A DNA stretch of 64,000 nt. Origin: Octopus bimaculoides. Taxonomy: Eukaryota. The position numbers and the translations under genes were made by a program. Shown one piece after another: positions 39,871 through 54,424 of this stretch (positions are counted from its first letter, which is position 1; each line of letters opens with the position of its first letter). The notes under the pieces were generated by a model. The model was not told the DNA's origin. It searched no databases and was given only the letters and a program-made list of their open reading frames with translations. The DNA is taken from contig NC_068982.1 of the NCBI RefSeq assembly GCF_001194135.2, positions 41,664,432 through 41,728,431 of the forward strand, written 5' to 3'.

Positions 39871-42460
39871 TAGTTCTTAAAATAAAACAATTTTTTTTTT
39901 CATATATATATATGACTATATTTTCATAATCAAATGACAGACAGTATCTTACTTGTTGGCTTGAAATAGTTTAGTATCTAAAGTATTTGATTTGTATTGA
40001 TCTCTTAAATAGTCAACAACTTTTCAAAAGGTCCCTCTCCAACAACCTGTCTTCATACTGATGACATAAATGTAGTTGTTGTTTGTGATAACAGCTGTTA
40101 TCATTTAATGGTAGTTAGGTAAATAAAATAAAAAATAATAAACAGAAAATTTGACACTAAAAAATAGAAGAAAGCTAAATAACTATAATCATTCTATTTT
40201 TTGAATTGACCTGCATCCAGTCAGCTTTTACAACAATTTGACAACTTAATTATTATTTTATGTAAATATATAAGCTATTTGCAAAACAGGAGACAGCTCC
40301 GTCTAAAAATATTATTATCCAAAATATGCCAAAAGCAACATTTTGGTGATTCTTTATTGAATTGGTGAACAACCAATCAATTAATAAATAAATATAAGAT
40401 AAATAAACTCTTTCTCAATCAATTAATTACAGTTATTTATTATCTTGTAGCAATAAAGGAGATTAGTAAGTAAATAATTGGAACAGGTTATATATTCACA
40501 CATTTCTATACTGTCAATAATACAGCGATGAAGATGTTTCTAAATTCTACTGGAGAACAAAATGTGATATCAATCATACACAATTTTATTGATGTGAGAT
40601 GAATGCTTACTGAACTAATCTCCTTATTGTTATTGCTCATAATATTGTAATGCCATATATATTGTTATAACTGTTATTGTTCATGAGATATTTATATTTT
40701 AGTCAGTTTTGATCAATTTGATTTTTTGTAATCGGAGAATCTAATTGAATGATTTTGATGGAGTCCAACAGTAGTTAACATACTAGATATTGTTTAGATT
40801 TATTTCCTTATATCAGAATGTTTCTGGAGCCAGTCTGTTTCAGATTGCCAACATATTCTTTGAAGTTATTGAATTAACCAAAACACGTGAATTTGTATCA
40901 AGAATAAGAACTTTATCTAGTAGATCTTTACATAATTTAACATTTATTTTACAAAGCATTCATAGATTAAATAAGTTTGATAACCTGGAACACATTGACT
41001 GCATGTTACTCTTTTCTGTGGTACATGTTATGACCTCATTATATAAACTTCATAATTTTTTACAAAAATTTTGGAACATAATCATTAGATTTGTCTCTCT
41101 TAATTTGAACAATTTTTTTTTTTTTGCTTACTTGTTCACTAATGCTTTCTTTCATTCAAAGTTTGGTGGAGCTAAGTAAATCTTAAATTATCAACTGATG
41201 AAAATGTATTACATATGATGTTTATTAAGTTATTCATTTAATACTATGGCCCAATTTATGATATGCAATATACCTCATAATGCTCACTGCTTGAAAATAC
41301 TTGCTTATGTCTGGGTTTCATAGATCTATAATAACCTCAGAAACCCTTCAGAAATAGAATATTTCAGCTATAAGCTGAGCCTTGTCCCCTAGCATAAAGC
41401 CAGCTCCCACTCTTCCTTGGAGTTCATAGCCTTATGAGCTGCATGGTGACCTCACTAGTGTTGGTGGTATGAAAAGTGAATCCAGTACATGCAATAAAGT
41501 GATTGGTGTCAGGAAGGCCATCCAACTGCAGAAATAATGCCAAAGCAAAGCAGACATTGGAGTACAATACAGTCTTTGGAACCATCAGATCCTGTGAAAC
41601 CATCCAATCCATGCCAGCATGGAGCATAGATGTTAAACAACGACAATGATGATAAGGATGATGAGAGAGCATTTGATGGGATTCCTTGTGACATTTAATC
41701 TGGCTTCTTGTGTTCTGAGTTCAAATCCCACTGGAGTCAACTTTGCCATCCATATTTCTAGGATCAATAAATAAAGTACCAGCCTAGAGCTGTGGGCATA
41801 CAGAATCATTTGATCATTGGATAGGATGCTTTGCAGTATTTGTCCTAGCTATTTGCATTTTGAGTACCCTGGTCTACTTGAGTGGTAGACTTAATCGTTC
41901 ATGCAGTTTAATACAACCACATGGTTATTGGATGCCTTCAAAGCTATCTTAACAACATTATAGCCTCATCATGCCCCACCCAACTCCAACAAAGTAATGA
42001 CAGGAGTGTATAGTATTTAGTTATTGATAACAAACCACAGCATATATAGATTAACATTAGGCCCCAAACCTTTCGGGTACCAGGGTGATTGCCTACTGTG
42101 CATTAAAACAGCAATGGGTGAATTTAGTGGAGTCTGCCCTGTTGCAAGCATTGGTCCTGGTCTCTGGTTTGAAGATAACTTCCTCCCATCAGTCTGAGGG
42201 GTTATGGGCCTGCTCTTCCTTCCACACTGAGTGATAATAAAAAAGTCCTTTTACTATTAAGCCACAGTACTACTAAAAGTTTCCTCCAGTGTTAAGTGCA
42301 GGTATGATTGTGTAGTTGAGAAGCTTGCATTCTAACCACATGGTTTCAAGTTCAATCTCATTAAGTGGAACAGAGGGCAGGTGTCTTCTGCTATAGCCCC
42401 ACGCTGACCAAAGCCATGTGGGTGGATTTGGTAAAAAGAAACTGAAAAGAAGCCTATGTA

Positions 42461-43773
42461 TGAGGTGGTATCAAAAAGTTTCCAGACTAGTTATGTTTAA
42501 TAAAATAACTTATTTACCTGAGTTTTAGTATTGTCTCCTTCAAAATAGTCACCTTGCACAGCAATACACCAGACCTGCATTTCTGCCACTTTTGAAATCT
42601 GGCCTGGAAGTTGTTTTCTGTAAGCAAGTCGAGGAATTTCTGCAATTTGATCTGGATCTTGACAATGGTGTTAAAATGGTGACCTTTGAGCTGCGTTTTC
42701 ATCTTGAGGAAGAGATGGAAGTCCACAGGTGTTAAATATGGTGAGTAGGATAGGTGTGGAAGTGATACCATGTTATTTTTGGCAAGAAACTCACGAATGA
42801 GGAGAGCTCGGTGACAGGATGCATTGTTGTTGTGAAGAATCCAATTCTTTGTGCTCCACAGATCCTGTCACTTTCACCAAATGTCCTCCCTCAAATGTTT
42901 CAAAACAGTAGAACTCTTGAATGATGGTCTGGTCCTGAGGGATAAATTCTTGATGTGCAATACTGTGGAATTCAGAAGAAAATGATGAGCATGCTCTTGA
43001 TTGAGCTGTGGCTCTGCCATGCCTTCTTTGGTTGTGGAGATGAAAGGCTTTTCCATTGTGACAACTGCTACTTTGTCTCAGAGTTGTACCCATAGACCAA
43101 CTGCTGTCACTGGTGATAATCCTCGACATGAAGGATGGATCATCATTGGCACACTGATGGAGATCTTGACAGACTTTGAGGCGATGTTCTTTCTGCTCAG
43201 TGGTCAGCAGGTGGGGTACAAACTTAGCAGAGATACTCAGCATATTCAATTCAGATGTTAGGATTGCCTGCACAGAGTCATACAAAAGACCAACAACATC
43301 AGCAATGTTGTTGATTGTCTTCCAATGATCCTCATGCAAAAGCTGATGAATTTTCTCCACATTTCCAGGATGTCACCCGTGACAGGTCTTTCAGATCACT
43401 CATCATTTTCCAGAGACATTCTTCTGCTTTTGAAGCAGCCATGCCACTCGAAACATTGTGTATGACCTGTTGCCTCTTCGCCATAAACTTGTCAAAGCAT
43501 GCTCAATACCTCTGTAACAGACTTCCCAAGTTTAATGCACAATTTCCTGTTGGTTCTTTGTTCCAACTTCTTGTCCATGCATGACAAAATTGCAGACTAC
43601 AGCATACATGTGATCACAAAAATACAAATTTCACATGAGAATTAAACACAGCAATGCCAATCAGCACACTGCCTCATGAAGGTCACTGCTAGCTTTCACT
43701 GTGCATGCAACCATGTGCTGCCATCTTATGTTGTCCTACAGACCTAGTCCGGGAACATTTTGATACCACTTCG
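42461..43773 (-). mobile_element. Full-length (1313 bp) but inactivated mariner transposon
   Basis: ~30-bp imperfect TIRs (TGAGGTGGTATCAAAAAGTTTCCAGACTAG / CTAGTCCGGGAACATTTTGATACCACTTCG), TA on both flanks. Transposase motifs SAKFVPHLLT, IITSDSSW, PHLSYSPYLTPVDFHLF in frameshifted ORFs. Confidence 0.92.
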
Positions 43774-43789
43774 TATATAAATATATTAG

Positions 43790-44142
<353 letters not shown>

Positions 44143-45178
44143 AAGTTCTGTTGAAAAATATTGTAGTTCATAAAATGGGTACTGAACAAGAATATAAGTA
44201 TGGTCTCATAGATAAGACATTTGAGTATAGAGAAGTGGAAAAGAATCTAATTCTTGTTGGCAGTTGACATTTTATCTGTCTGTTTCCTGTTGCTGCCACT
44301 TATTAATTCCTTTTATTGTTTCAAGTTAGTGAATTGTTGCTGAAATATCACATAACATCTTCTGTGGATGTCAGCAGTTGTTGTTAGCAATTCCTTCAGA
44401 AATAAACCATCAACTCTCTGGAGTTACTTCATCTTTTTGATGGTTAACCCCAGAGTAACTCTTAATGAATACACTTATGACCACTTCGTCTTTGTAAGGA
44501 TATAGCTAGAACTACATTATCTAATGTATCCTTTCTTTATTTAAGATGTTAAGATATGATTTGTGGGAGATTTTCTGACAAAAATGTGAAACTGAATAAA
44601 AGAAACCTTTAGGGAAGCTCATCACATGAACTGTCCCCATAATTTAAAGGTTCTGTCTTGTTACACAGAGGTATCATGCTGGTTCTGCCTGAGAATTACA
44701 TTAAGAGTACACAACTCTGTAGGATACTCAGCCACCACCACCACCACCACCACCATCATCATCATCATTTAACATCTGGCATGGGTTGGATCTGATGAGC
44801 CAAAGGATTGACTGCACCAAACTCCAGCGTCTGTTTTGGCATGGTTCATACAGCTGGAAGTCCTTCCCTAACACCAACCAGTTTACAGAGTGTACTGGGT
44901 GCTTTGTCATGGCACCAATACCCATGAGGTCACCAAGTAATTTTCAAGACACGACCTCCTCCACCCCCAACTGAATATTGAGGGTGATAGCTTTACACCA
45001 GGTGTTGAGGAGTTAAAGTATGATAGAGAGACAGTGGCTTCCCCAGTTGGAAAGAGAGAAAGAAATGGTAAGGACATACCCTCAAAGTACAATGTGAATA
45101 CAAGAGAGAGAATACAAAGGAAACAGAAAGGGTGGTAATTCAATGGATCTGGTAGTTCAATTAATCAAACAACTGAAC

Positions 45179-45217
<39 letters not shown>

Positions 45218-45899
45218 TTAACATCTCCAAATACCTTTTATGTTTTCTACAAGGAACTTATCTATATTTTATATCAATAGCACCAGTCTATACAAATATA
45301 TATTGTATATTTCTGAATCATTCCATAATTGATTTGTTGGTTGTCTATAAACAAATTTTTGATACTACAATATTTCTTCTATGTCATCTATAGTTATGCA
45401 TTTTACTTCTTATCAAGAGTAAGACATTTACAAAGTGACATTTCTAAGCATTCAAACGTAAAATATTTTAGCTTGATCCATTTTCCATCTTCTCTCTTCA
45501 TCAAATACACATTTACTACGGAGTAAGATTAAGTCGTACATAGTGACAATTTATCAACACACACACAGTTTGGTGTGTGTGCATGTGTTTGTATTTATGG
45601 TGACAATGTATGAATAAATCATATATTAGACATTTACAATAAATGCAAAATTTTATTAAAATGCTCATAATATTTTGCTGTGACTTATTTTCATATTGAG
45701 AAAAAAAAAGTTTATAGTTTTGCACAAATCTATCCTGACATCTGTACTTAAGTGATTTATGTAACTGTCTTATATATATATATATTTGGCCTCCAGCCAA
45801 AGATTTTCAGATTATCAAAATCTTATTGCAGCTAAATCCTATTTCTGGATTTATTAAGACAGGCTGAAACACTATTTATAACAATAGTAATAATACTAA

Positions 45900-46130
<231 letters not shown>

Positions 46131-46281
46131 AGAGCCCATCCTTAAAAACAGCCTTACTTTGCAGTGCAAGGAGCTTGTGCACAATTCTCGAGACTTGAAA
46201 AGAACAGATCACCTCAGTTCATGGGAAGTGAACAACTGGTACATTAATGACACCTCCAGCAACAATCTGAGTATGTCAGAT

Positions 46282-46329
<48 letters not shown>

Positions 46330-46348
46330 ATGATAATAATAATAATAA

Positions 46349-46716
46349 AGCCTACTAGAATATTTACAGAGCTGCTCAGAGAAATTGCTAAAGGCAGTGA
46401 ATAAAGAACAGGTGATCGAGTGTAGAACAGGAGAAAAGGACTAGAATGAAATTCAAAGAGAACATGTTAAACAGATTGAAGAGAAACCTATCCATGGTCA
46501 GTCTTGGAAGACCACTGAAGATGTATGTGGAATAAAAACTGGGCTTGATTGAAAAAAGGATGACTGAAAAAAGAAAAAAAAAAGAGCCTTTTGTAGCAGC
46601 TCAAGATCAAGTGTTAAAAACAAACAACTTGATAACATGTTTTTTGGGAGAAAGTGTCAGAGAAATGTAGAATGTGTGGAATTTGGTATGAAATGATGGC
46701 ACAAATTGTTGCAGAA
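46349..46716 (+). mobile_element. Dong/R4-clade non-LTR retrotransposon fragment (post-RT region with CCHC start)
   Basis: Begins right after (TAA)n; translation SLLEYLQSCSEKLLKAV, EKPIHGQ, VAAQDQVLKTN, EKCRMCG. Confidence 0.75.
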
Positions 46717-47072
46717 TAATAATAATGTTCTCTTTATTAACCGCCAAAGGTTCACAAAAAATGTTAGAAACAGTACAGGACAATACAGTGTGGGGTTACA
46801 TAAAAGGTATGTAAAAAAAAGTAAAAAATTACAAAAATATAAATTTCAACAAAGAATAATTCCCCCAAAGCAGGAGACTACCAAGAACTGCTTGTGGAAA
46901 CCTCACAAAACCACAGAGACCCTGACCACTAGGGCAAGTGTCCTCTCCACATTGTCTACCATATTTAGAGTAGGCCCATTCACTCATATCATTGTTGCCA
47001 CATTCACTCACCTTTCAACAAAATTGCTACGAGGCAGCACTTTTCTCTCTTCCCTCACTTTTGTTTTCAAAT
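46712..47072 (-). mobile_element. 3' end of a probable Tx1/L1-like LINE with (ATT)n tail
   Basis: Terminal coding-like KVREERKVLPRSNFVERW, T-rich 3'UTR, polyA-signal-like sequence and ATT tail; family call is from recalled similarity only. Confidence 0.45.
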
Positions 47073-47538
47073 AATAACCAATAATCCTTTCTACTATAGG
47101 CACAGGACCTGAAATTTGGGGGAGAGGATAGTTGATTACATTGACCCCAGTGTTTCACTGGTACTTATTTATCAACCCTGAAAAGATCAAAGCAAAGCTG
47201 ACCTCAGAATTTGAACTCAGAATGTAATGATGGACAGAATGCCACTAAGTATTTTACCCAGTGTACTAATGATTCTGTCAGCTCGCCGCCTTTATAATAA
47301 TAATCCTTTTTACTAAAGGCACAAGGCCTGAAATTTAGTGGTGGTGGTGGGATAGGGGACTAGTTGATTACATCGACCCCAGTGTTTCACTGGTACTTAA
47401 TTTGTCAATCTCGAAAGGATGAAAAGATGGAAAGCAAAGTTAACATTGGTAGAATTTGAACTCTCAATGTAGAGATGGGTGAAATACCACTAAGCATTTC
47501 ATCCAGCGTGCTAACAATTCTGTCAGCTCACTGCCTTA

Positions 47539-47575
<37 letters not shown>

Positions 47576-47592
47576 TAATAATAATAATGATA

Positions 47593-47905
47593 ATGGGTTT
47601 GAATAATTCACCTTTGGAAACATGGGTGTTTTGCTCAACATCCTTAAACAAACCTTATTTAGGGACCTTTTGAGCAGGATGGGCTACTCGACCTGAAGAA
47701 AATTCTAACTGGGCCCCACCTGCAAGGTCATGCGCTGTTTACTTTGATATGAGGTCACCATGTCGCGCACATATGGTTGAGATGCATGTGCCTGGTGTAC
47801 CCTTATCAGACGAGTAGTCATGATGGGTATAATGGGCTTCGTATATTTTACCCCAGTGTCACTTTGATGGCATGCACTGCTCTCTCACTCAATAATAATA
47901 ATAAT
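47593..47905 (+). mobile_element. Unassigned non-LTR retroposon 3' segment between two (AAT)n tracts
   Basis: GC-richer CpG-containing block ending ...ctctctcactcAATAATAAT, flanked by (AAT)n at 47539-47592 and 47891-47905. Confidence 0.5.
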
Positions 47906-48170
47906 AGAAAATTGAGAAACATCAGGACCTTGCCAGAGAGATAAAAAGATTGTGGAAGACCAAGATGATAATTTTTTGTGTTGTAGTTCGTGCGCTTGGC
48001 ACAACACCCAAACTGCAATTTAAAGGGGCCAAAAGATATTGGAATTGAGACTTACGTTGTCAACCTGTACAAAAACGTGATCCTGTTTTCTATAAGAATC
48101 CTTAGAAAGATTCTTTAAGATTTGAGGAGACTTGTCATCAAACCTCACAACAAACCTACTAACTAATATA
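47906..48170 (+). mobile_element. Dong/R4-clade 3' fragment (restriction-like endonuclease C-terminus)
   Basis: KIEKHQDLAREIKRLWK...VVRALGT...DIGIE pattern matches the R4/Dong KIEKYQDL...VVGALG motif; preceded by (AAT)n. Confidence 0.75.
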
Positions 48171-49168
48171 GTATGTAATAGTTTTAACAATTATAATCCT
48201 TTCTGTTATAGCGACAAGGCCTAAAATTTTTGGGGGAGAGGGCTTGCTGATTACATCAACCCCAGCATTCAACTGGTACTTATTTTATTGAACCCGAAAG
48301 GATGAAAGGTAAAGTTGACCTTGTCAGGGTTTGAACTTAGAATGCAAAGATGGATGAAATGCCACTAAGCATTCTGTCATCCTCATCATCATTTACATCC
48401 ATTGTCCATTGTCCATGGGTTGGGTGGTGTGACCAGAGCTGGCAAACCGAGGGGCGGGGGCTGCTGCACCAGACTCCACTTTGATTTGGCATGGTTTCTA
48501 CGGGTGGATGCCCAATATGCTAATGATTCTGCCAGTTCACTACCTTAACAACAATAATTATAACAAATATAAATAAAAATAATGATAATAGTAATCACAA
48601 TATTTCCCATCTTTTGACAAGATGCTGAGGGTTACTTATAATAAGTGCCTTCTGTGATAAAAATTAACAATACAAAAGTACAATGGGACTTCAGTATCTA
48701 GATGAATCATTTGGTAACACAAAATAAGCTTGTTGTAATTTTCCATGACTAAACATGATAAGAATGCATTAATAGCCAACATAGCAACACCAAATGTCTA
48801 TAATGTAGTACAGAAGAAAAACATTATAGAAAGCAAAGAAATTTCACTGATATAGCTGTTGAAACATAAGTAATATGATTGTTTAAGAATATGTTCATTA
48901 TCCTGTTTGTGATTAGTACAACCAAGATGATACACATTAACAGATTATTTATTAGGACATACATAAGCGTGTTCCAGAAAATAATAATAGTTGGATCTGT
49001 AAATATTGTCTAGGCATCTCACACAAAATTTATTAAACTTCAGCATTTTTATGCAGTGTTTACCAAGAGGTGTTTTAATTCTCTTTGATGTAAGAAAGAA
49101 AATTGATGAATTTCAGACCACGAATAATAAAAAAAATGATAATTGAGATCAAGACATGCATATCCAAC

Positions 49169-49211
<43 letters not shown>

Positions 49212-50446
49212 ATTAAATATGCAGAAATACAATTGGCAGAAGCAAGATAAGAATTTTTAATTTCATAATATCTCAATTTTAAAATCTTTTGTTATTCATT
49301 ATATTAATGCTACTCTATCATTCCCTCCCTGCCTCTGTCTCTTTCATACTCCTTTTCGTTCTCATCTTATTTTCATATGTGGCCATATGTGTATAAAGAT
49401 GACTGGTAAAAAAAAAAAAAAAAAATCTTTTGAGTCAAAGTTGTATGAGATCAACCCACGCATAACTGACCAACAAATTCTAAATTAAATTTACTGGTGT
49501 TCAATTCAAAGATAAGAACTTTTAATTTAATAATATTTCCATCTCGAAATTTCTAGGTTCCTATTATATTATCTATCTCTCTCTTTTTCTTTCTTTCCCT
49601 GACACTCTTTTTCTCTCTGCCCCTTTTTTTTTTCAACATCCAATATATTTATACACAGATAGTATTTGTTGGGATGTTATAACTACTTGTCTGCCTCCAC
49701 CTTAGAATGTAACAATCCCTTGAAACTTCTTGAGAATTTCTCATTATAACATTCTACATAACACTATACAGAAAGTGTCACTTCCTCCAGTCTCTCAGGG
49801 TATACTTGCAATCTTTTCTCCTCTTGGTTGAAGAGTAAAGTATCTGTTGTCAGTCCTTTCAACCATCTCCACTACATAATTATTTTTGCTTCAGCCACTA
49901 GGCCGGGAAAGTGCTAGCTCACTTCTAATAAAGATCTTTTACAAAGGCTGGAATTGGTGTAGTTGACTCTTAGTAAAATGAAATTAATATTAAAAATACT
50001 AATAATGGTATTAATCTTGAGTTCAGTCCCAAAGTGTGGCATCTTGGGTAAGTAAGTGTTTCTGCTATAGCCCTGAGACAACCACAACCTCTTGAGTGAA
50101 TTTGGTAGATGGAAACTAGAAGAAGTCTGTGTAGCTATAGGCTCAAGTGTGGCTGTGTGGTAAGAAGTTTGCTTCCCAACCACATGGCTCTGGATTCAGT
50201 CCTACTATATGGTACACTGGGCAAGTGTCTTGTACTATAGTCCCAAGCTGATCAAAGTTTTGAGAGTGTATTTAGTAGAAGGAAACTGAAAGAAGCCCAA
50301 TACATACATACATAATATATATTCTTTTATTCTTTTACTTGTTTCAGTCATTTGATTGCAACCATATACATAAATATTTACTTGGAAATGGATGCGTGGC
50401 ATTCGATCATATAATAATATAAATAATATATATATATATATATATA

Positions 50447-50590
50447 GGCGTTAGGAAGGGCATCCAGCTGTAGAAACTCTGCCAAATTAGATTGGAGCCT
50501 GGTGTTGCCATCCGGTTTCACCAGTCCTCAGTCAAATCGTCCAACCCATGCTAGCATGGAAAGCGGACGTTAAACGATGATGATGATGAT
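50447..50590 (+). mobile_element. 5'-truncated copy of the (GAT)n-tailed retroposon embedded in (TA)n
   Basis: 142/142 identity to 26723-26864 (reverse strand); (TA)n on both sides. Confidence 0.9.
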
Positions 50591-53227
50591 ATATATATAT
50601 GTATNNNNNNNNNNNNNNNNNNNNNNNNNNNNNNNNNNNNNNNNNNNNNNNNNNNNNNNNNNNNNNNNNNNNNNNNNNNNNNNNNNNNNNNNNNNNNNNT
50701 ATGCATATATACACACATACATGTACATGCCTACATATATATGTATATATACATGCATATATAGGTACAGGACATCAACAAAAAAAACGTGAACAAAATG
50801 AGAAATGAGAACATAAAAACAAAAGCATGGAAAATGAACTTTTTTACGAACAACGAAAGAAACAAATAGAGAAACCAGCTTCAACATTCAACCCTCAGAA
50901 GAGGAAAAGTTGATAAAAAAGAGTCAAACATGCTATCTTCAGTTCAGTTTTCCAGCTTATTCTCATCTATATTCATGTGTGTGCATGTGTGTGTGTGTGT
51001 GCATGTGTTTACTGTTTCCTTACCTTGACTTCACCTGATAGATGTAAACGAGTGTCACTGTCATACAAGTGGTCCTTCATTTCCAATCTTCCATGAAAAA
51101 ACATTTCTGGCTATGGGAAAATATTACCTTATCTGGAAACAAGTGAGAGTTGGTGACAAGAAAGGCATCCAACCATAGAAAATCCACCTCAACAAAATTC
51201 TGTTTGACCCAATGTGAGTATCAAAATGTGGACATTAAACCAGTGATAACGATGATAATGATAATGATAATGAGGAGGAGGGTGATGAGTAAGAAAGACT
51301 ACACTTTCTATCCGTACTTTCCACATAAAAACTGATGCTTAAAAAAGTCAAGGAGTGTTAGATTCCAGAGCTAAAGAGATAATTACGCTATTTTATTATA
51401 ACACTGTAAAATTTTAGTTAGAGAGTTCACTTAACTTAATTCCAATATCTTTTCAAAGAAAATCTTTCTCATCATTTCAAGGATCACAATTCTATGAAAT
51501 TATTCCCTTAAAGATTTTGTAGCAAAAATTCAGCTAATGGATTCTTTTGAATATAAGACTAATTACTTTTGGAAAACGAGAAGCTTGTTTACTGACAGGT
51601 AGTTAAAGTAACAGGTGTATTACATTACAGATCACATATACACAATACTGCATGAAGAGACACATTTGCTAAGATATATAAACATATATATATTCTCAAG
51701 ACATTTTCTGTCACTGTGCATTTAGTTTCAATGTCTCAATTACTTTTCCTTGTTAGATATAAAATATTTGCTTTGCTAACTCAATTTACATTTTACATGT
51801 TTTTTTTTTCTATCTTTGAATGTTTCAGAGTCTATGCAAACCTCAATGTCGCTAAATGCTAAAAGTGTTATATTGAAGAGGAAAAATGACTGACTTCAAT
51901 CAACCACAACAGATTCGTTATCATAATAATGATGACAATAATGTTAATATATATGTGAGTGTGTGTGTGGGTGTGTATTCTTTTACTTGTTTCAGTCATT
52001 TGACTGCGGCCATGCTGGAGCACCATCTTGAAGGATTTTAGTTGAACAAATCGACACCAGGACTTTCTTTTTCAAGTCCAGTACTTATTCTATCGCTCTC
52101 TTTTGCTGAACCACTAAGTTACAGGGACATAACTACACCAACACTGGTTGTTAAGTGGTAATGGGGGGACAAACACAGACACAAAGACACACACACATGC
52201 ATATATCAGAGGTGACTCCAGGTCATCAGTGTCACTCAGGCTCATCACAGATTTTGCATAAGATACATGCCTACTCAAAGAATTTCATATTTTTACGCTT
52301 TATTTCTAGCCCCAAATGGCTTATTTTTTATATCTAACACTATTCTTTAATCCATTTCTAAGTTAAGGATAAAAATAAAGCAACCTTGCAAAACACAACT
52401 GATCTTTACATACAGACACACAGAATAACAACAATCAAATAACGACAGCAGAGTGCACAACAAACATCAGTGATCTGACTGTTGCTTGTACTCTTGACAA
52501 GAAATGCCAGTTAGTTTTTTTTTACACATACCAGGCTTGTTCGTATCAGCCCAAGTTGTTGGATAATTTTTTGTTCCTTTAAGAATGGAAACTTTTCATA
52601 GATTGGAATTTAAATCCTAATCTCTATGGAAATTTACTGTTTCAAGGAAACATTGAATTTGAATTACTAATTTTTACAATTATAGATAACGACTTATGCT
52701 ATAACTTCTGAGCCTGAGTCAGGCACATGTGAACAATGTTGAGAGAACGTCTGCTATGAATGATATTTTTTGACTCAGGTCACTTCTAAGATGACCACCA
52801 GACACTGAATGAAAATAAATGAACTGCAACCAGGCTCAATAAAAGAAGCCTGAGTTACTGGCTGTAATTACATACTTGAAGTCAGTATTAGTAGTAGTAG
52901 AAATTAAATCAGCTTGCAAATACATGTTCACTTTACTAAATTTATACTCAGGCTAAGCCTGAACAGCATGTGTGCCGGAGTCACCACTGCTATATATATA
53001 TAACAAGGTTATGTCTACCAAATCCATGCACAAAGCTTTGGTCAGTCTGAGGTTTTAGTAGAAGACACTTGTCCAAGGTGTCACAATGGGACTGAACCTG
53101 GAACCATGTGGTTGGGAAGCAAGCTTCCTATCACACAGCCATGTCTATATACATTGTATTATATTTTTATTTTGAGTCAGTTTCATATATATGAGACTGA
53201 CTCACATATATATATGAGTCATATGTA

Positions 53228-53261
<34 letters not shown>

Positions 53262-53545
53262 NNNNNNNNNNNNNNNNNNNNNNNNNNNNNNNNNNNNNNN
53301 NNNNNNNNNNNNNNNNNNNNNNNNNNNNNNNNNNNNNNNNNNNNNNNNNNNNNNNNNNNNNNNNNNNNNNNNNNNNNNNNNNNNNNNNNNNNNNNNNNNN
53401 NNNNNNNNNNNNNNNNNNNNNNNNNNNNNNNNTATACATATACATATAAATATATATATATGTATGTATGTATACATACACGCTTGCATATATTATCAAT
53501 CTCAATCTTGTCAACATCAGCTTCAAATTCATTAACATCAAAAAT

Positions 53546-53787
53546 AAATAACATCAATTTAACCTTTTATTCATTATTCCTACTTAACTCTTTTAATATA
53601 TTATTCCAAAAAATTCCAGCACAGTCATCTTCGGTAATAAAAATCAGTCTGCTGTTGATCAATATATGTATTTATGAATGTAAATACACATTGATCAAAA
53701 CTGGGTAGACTTTGATTATCAAAGATGATTGTGCTGGGTGATTTAGGAATGGAAATAATGAATAAAAGGTTAGACTGATGTTATTTT
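53546..53787. repeat. Long imperfect palindrome (fold-back)
   Basis: Arms pair in blocks (aataacatca...aaccttttattcattatt / aataatgaataaaaggtt...tgatgttatt; ccagcacagtcatctt / aagatgattgtgctgg; ttgatcaat..tgtattta / taaatacacattgatcaa) around a 6-nt loop at 53675-53680. Confidence 0.8.
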
Positions 53788-54424
53788 TGTCTTTGTCTTG
53801 TTGCATAAGTATCTAGTATAGTACGTAATTTTACATACGTCTAATGAATAATTATATGTATATCTATGGTAATGTGACAGTTTTTATTATCCAAAACTTG
53901 TAATCCTTTACAAAACCTTTTAATGTTCACATTCTTTTACAATTCTTCAACAAGTAATCACTGCTGTCAAAGTCTACTCATAAAAAAAAAAAAAAAAATT
54001 TGCTCCATTCTTCAGAGACATTTAAGTTGACGATAATGAAATTAAAGTTGACAATGATAAAAATCAAGAAAGACAACATAATCATGACTGAAAGTAATGA
54101 AACTGAGGCTGACAATGATGAAATTGCGGTTGGCATTGATGAGATTGAAGTTGATGATGATGATTTTGAGGTGGAAACACAGTATATATTTCTTTGGTCT
54201 AGGCACTTGGTCAATTTTTGTTCATAGGAATAGAGTTGACTTAATTTGATATGTATTGTATTGATATATATGTCATTGACTTTAGAAGAATAGAATTTGA
54301 TGAATTGAGCTTCATGGGATTTGAGCTTGGAATGCAAAAGATAAAAGCCAAGTTTTTGTAAGGAATTTTGTTCAGGTTCTGTTGTCTGTTGTGCTACTGA
54401 TAACACCAAGCATACTCCTTTATT

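Noticed and set aside
40790-41179. 129-aa plus-strand ORF and coding-looking minus strand
   Set aside because: Non-ATG start, no recognisable motif, AT-biased composition; the minus frames contain multiple stops.
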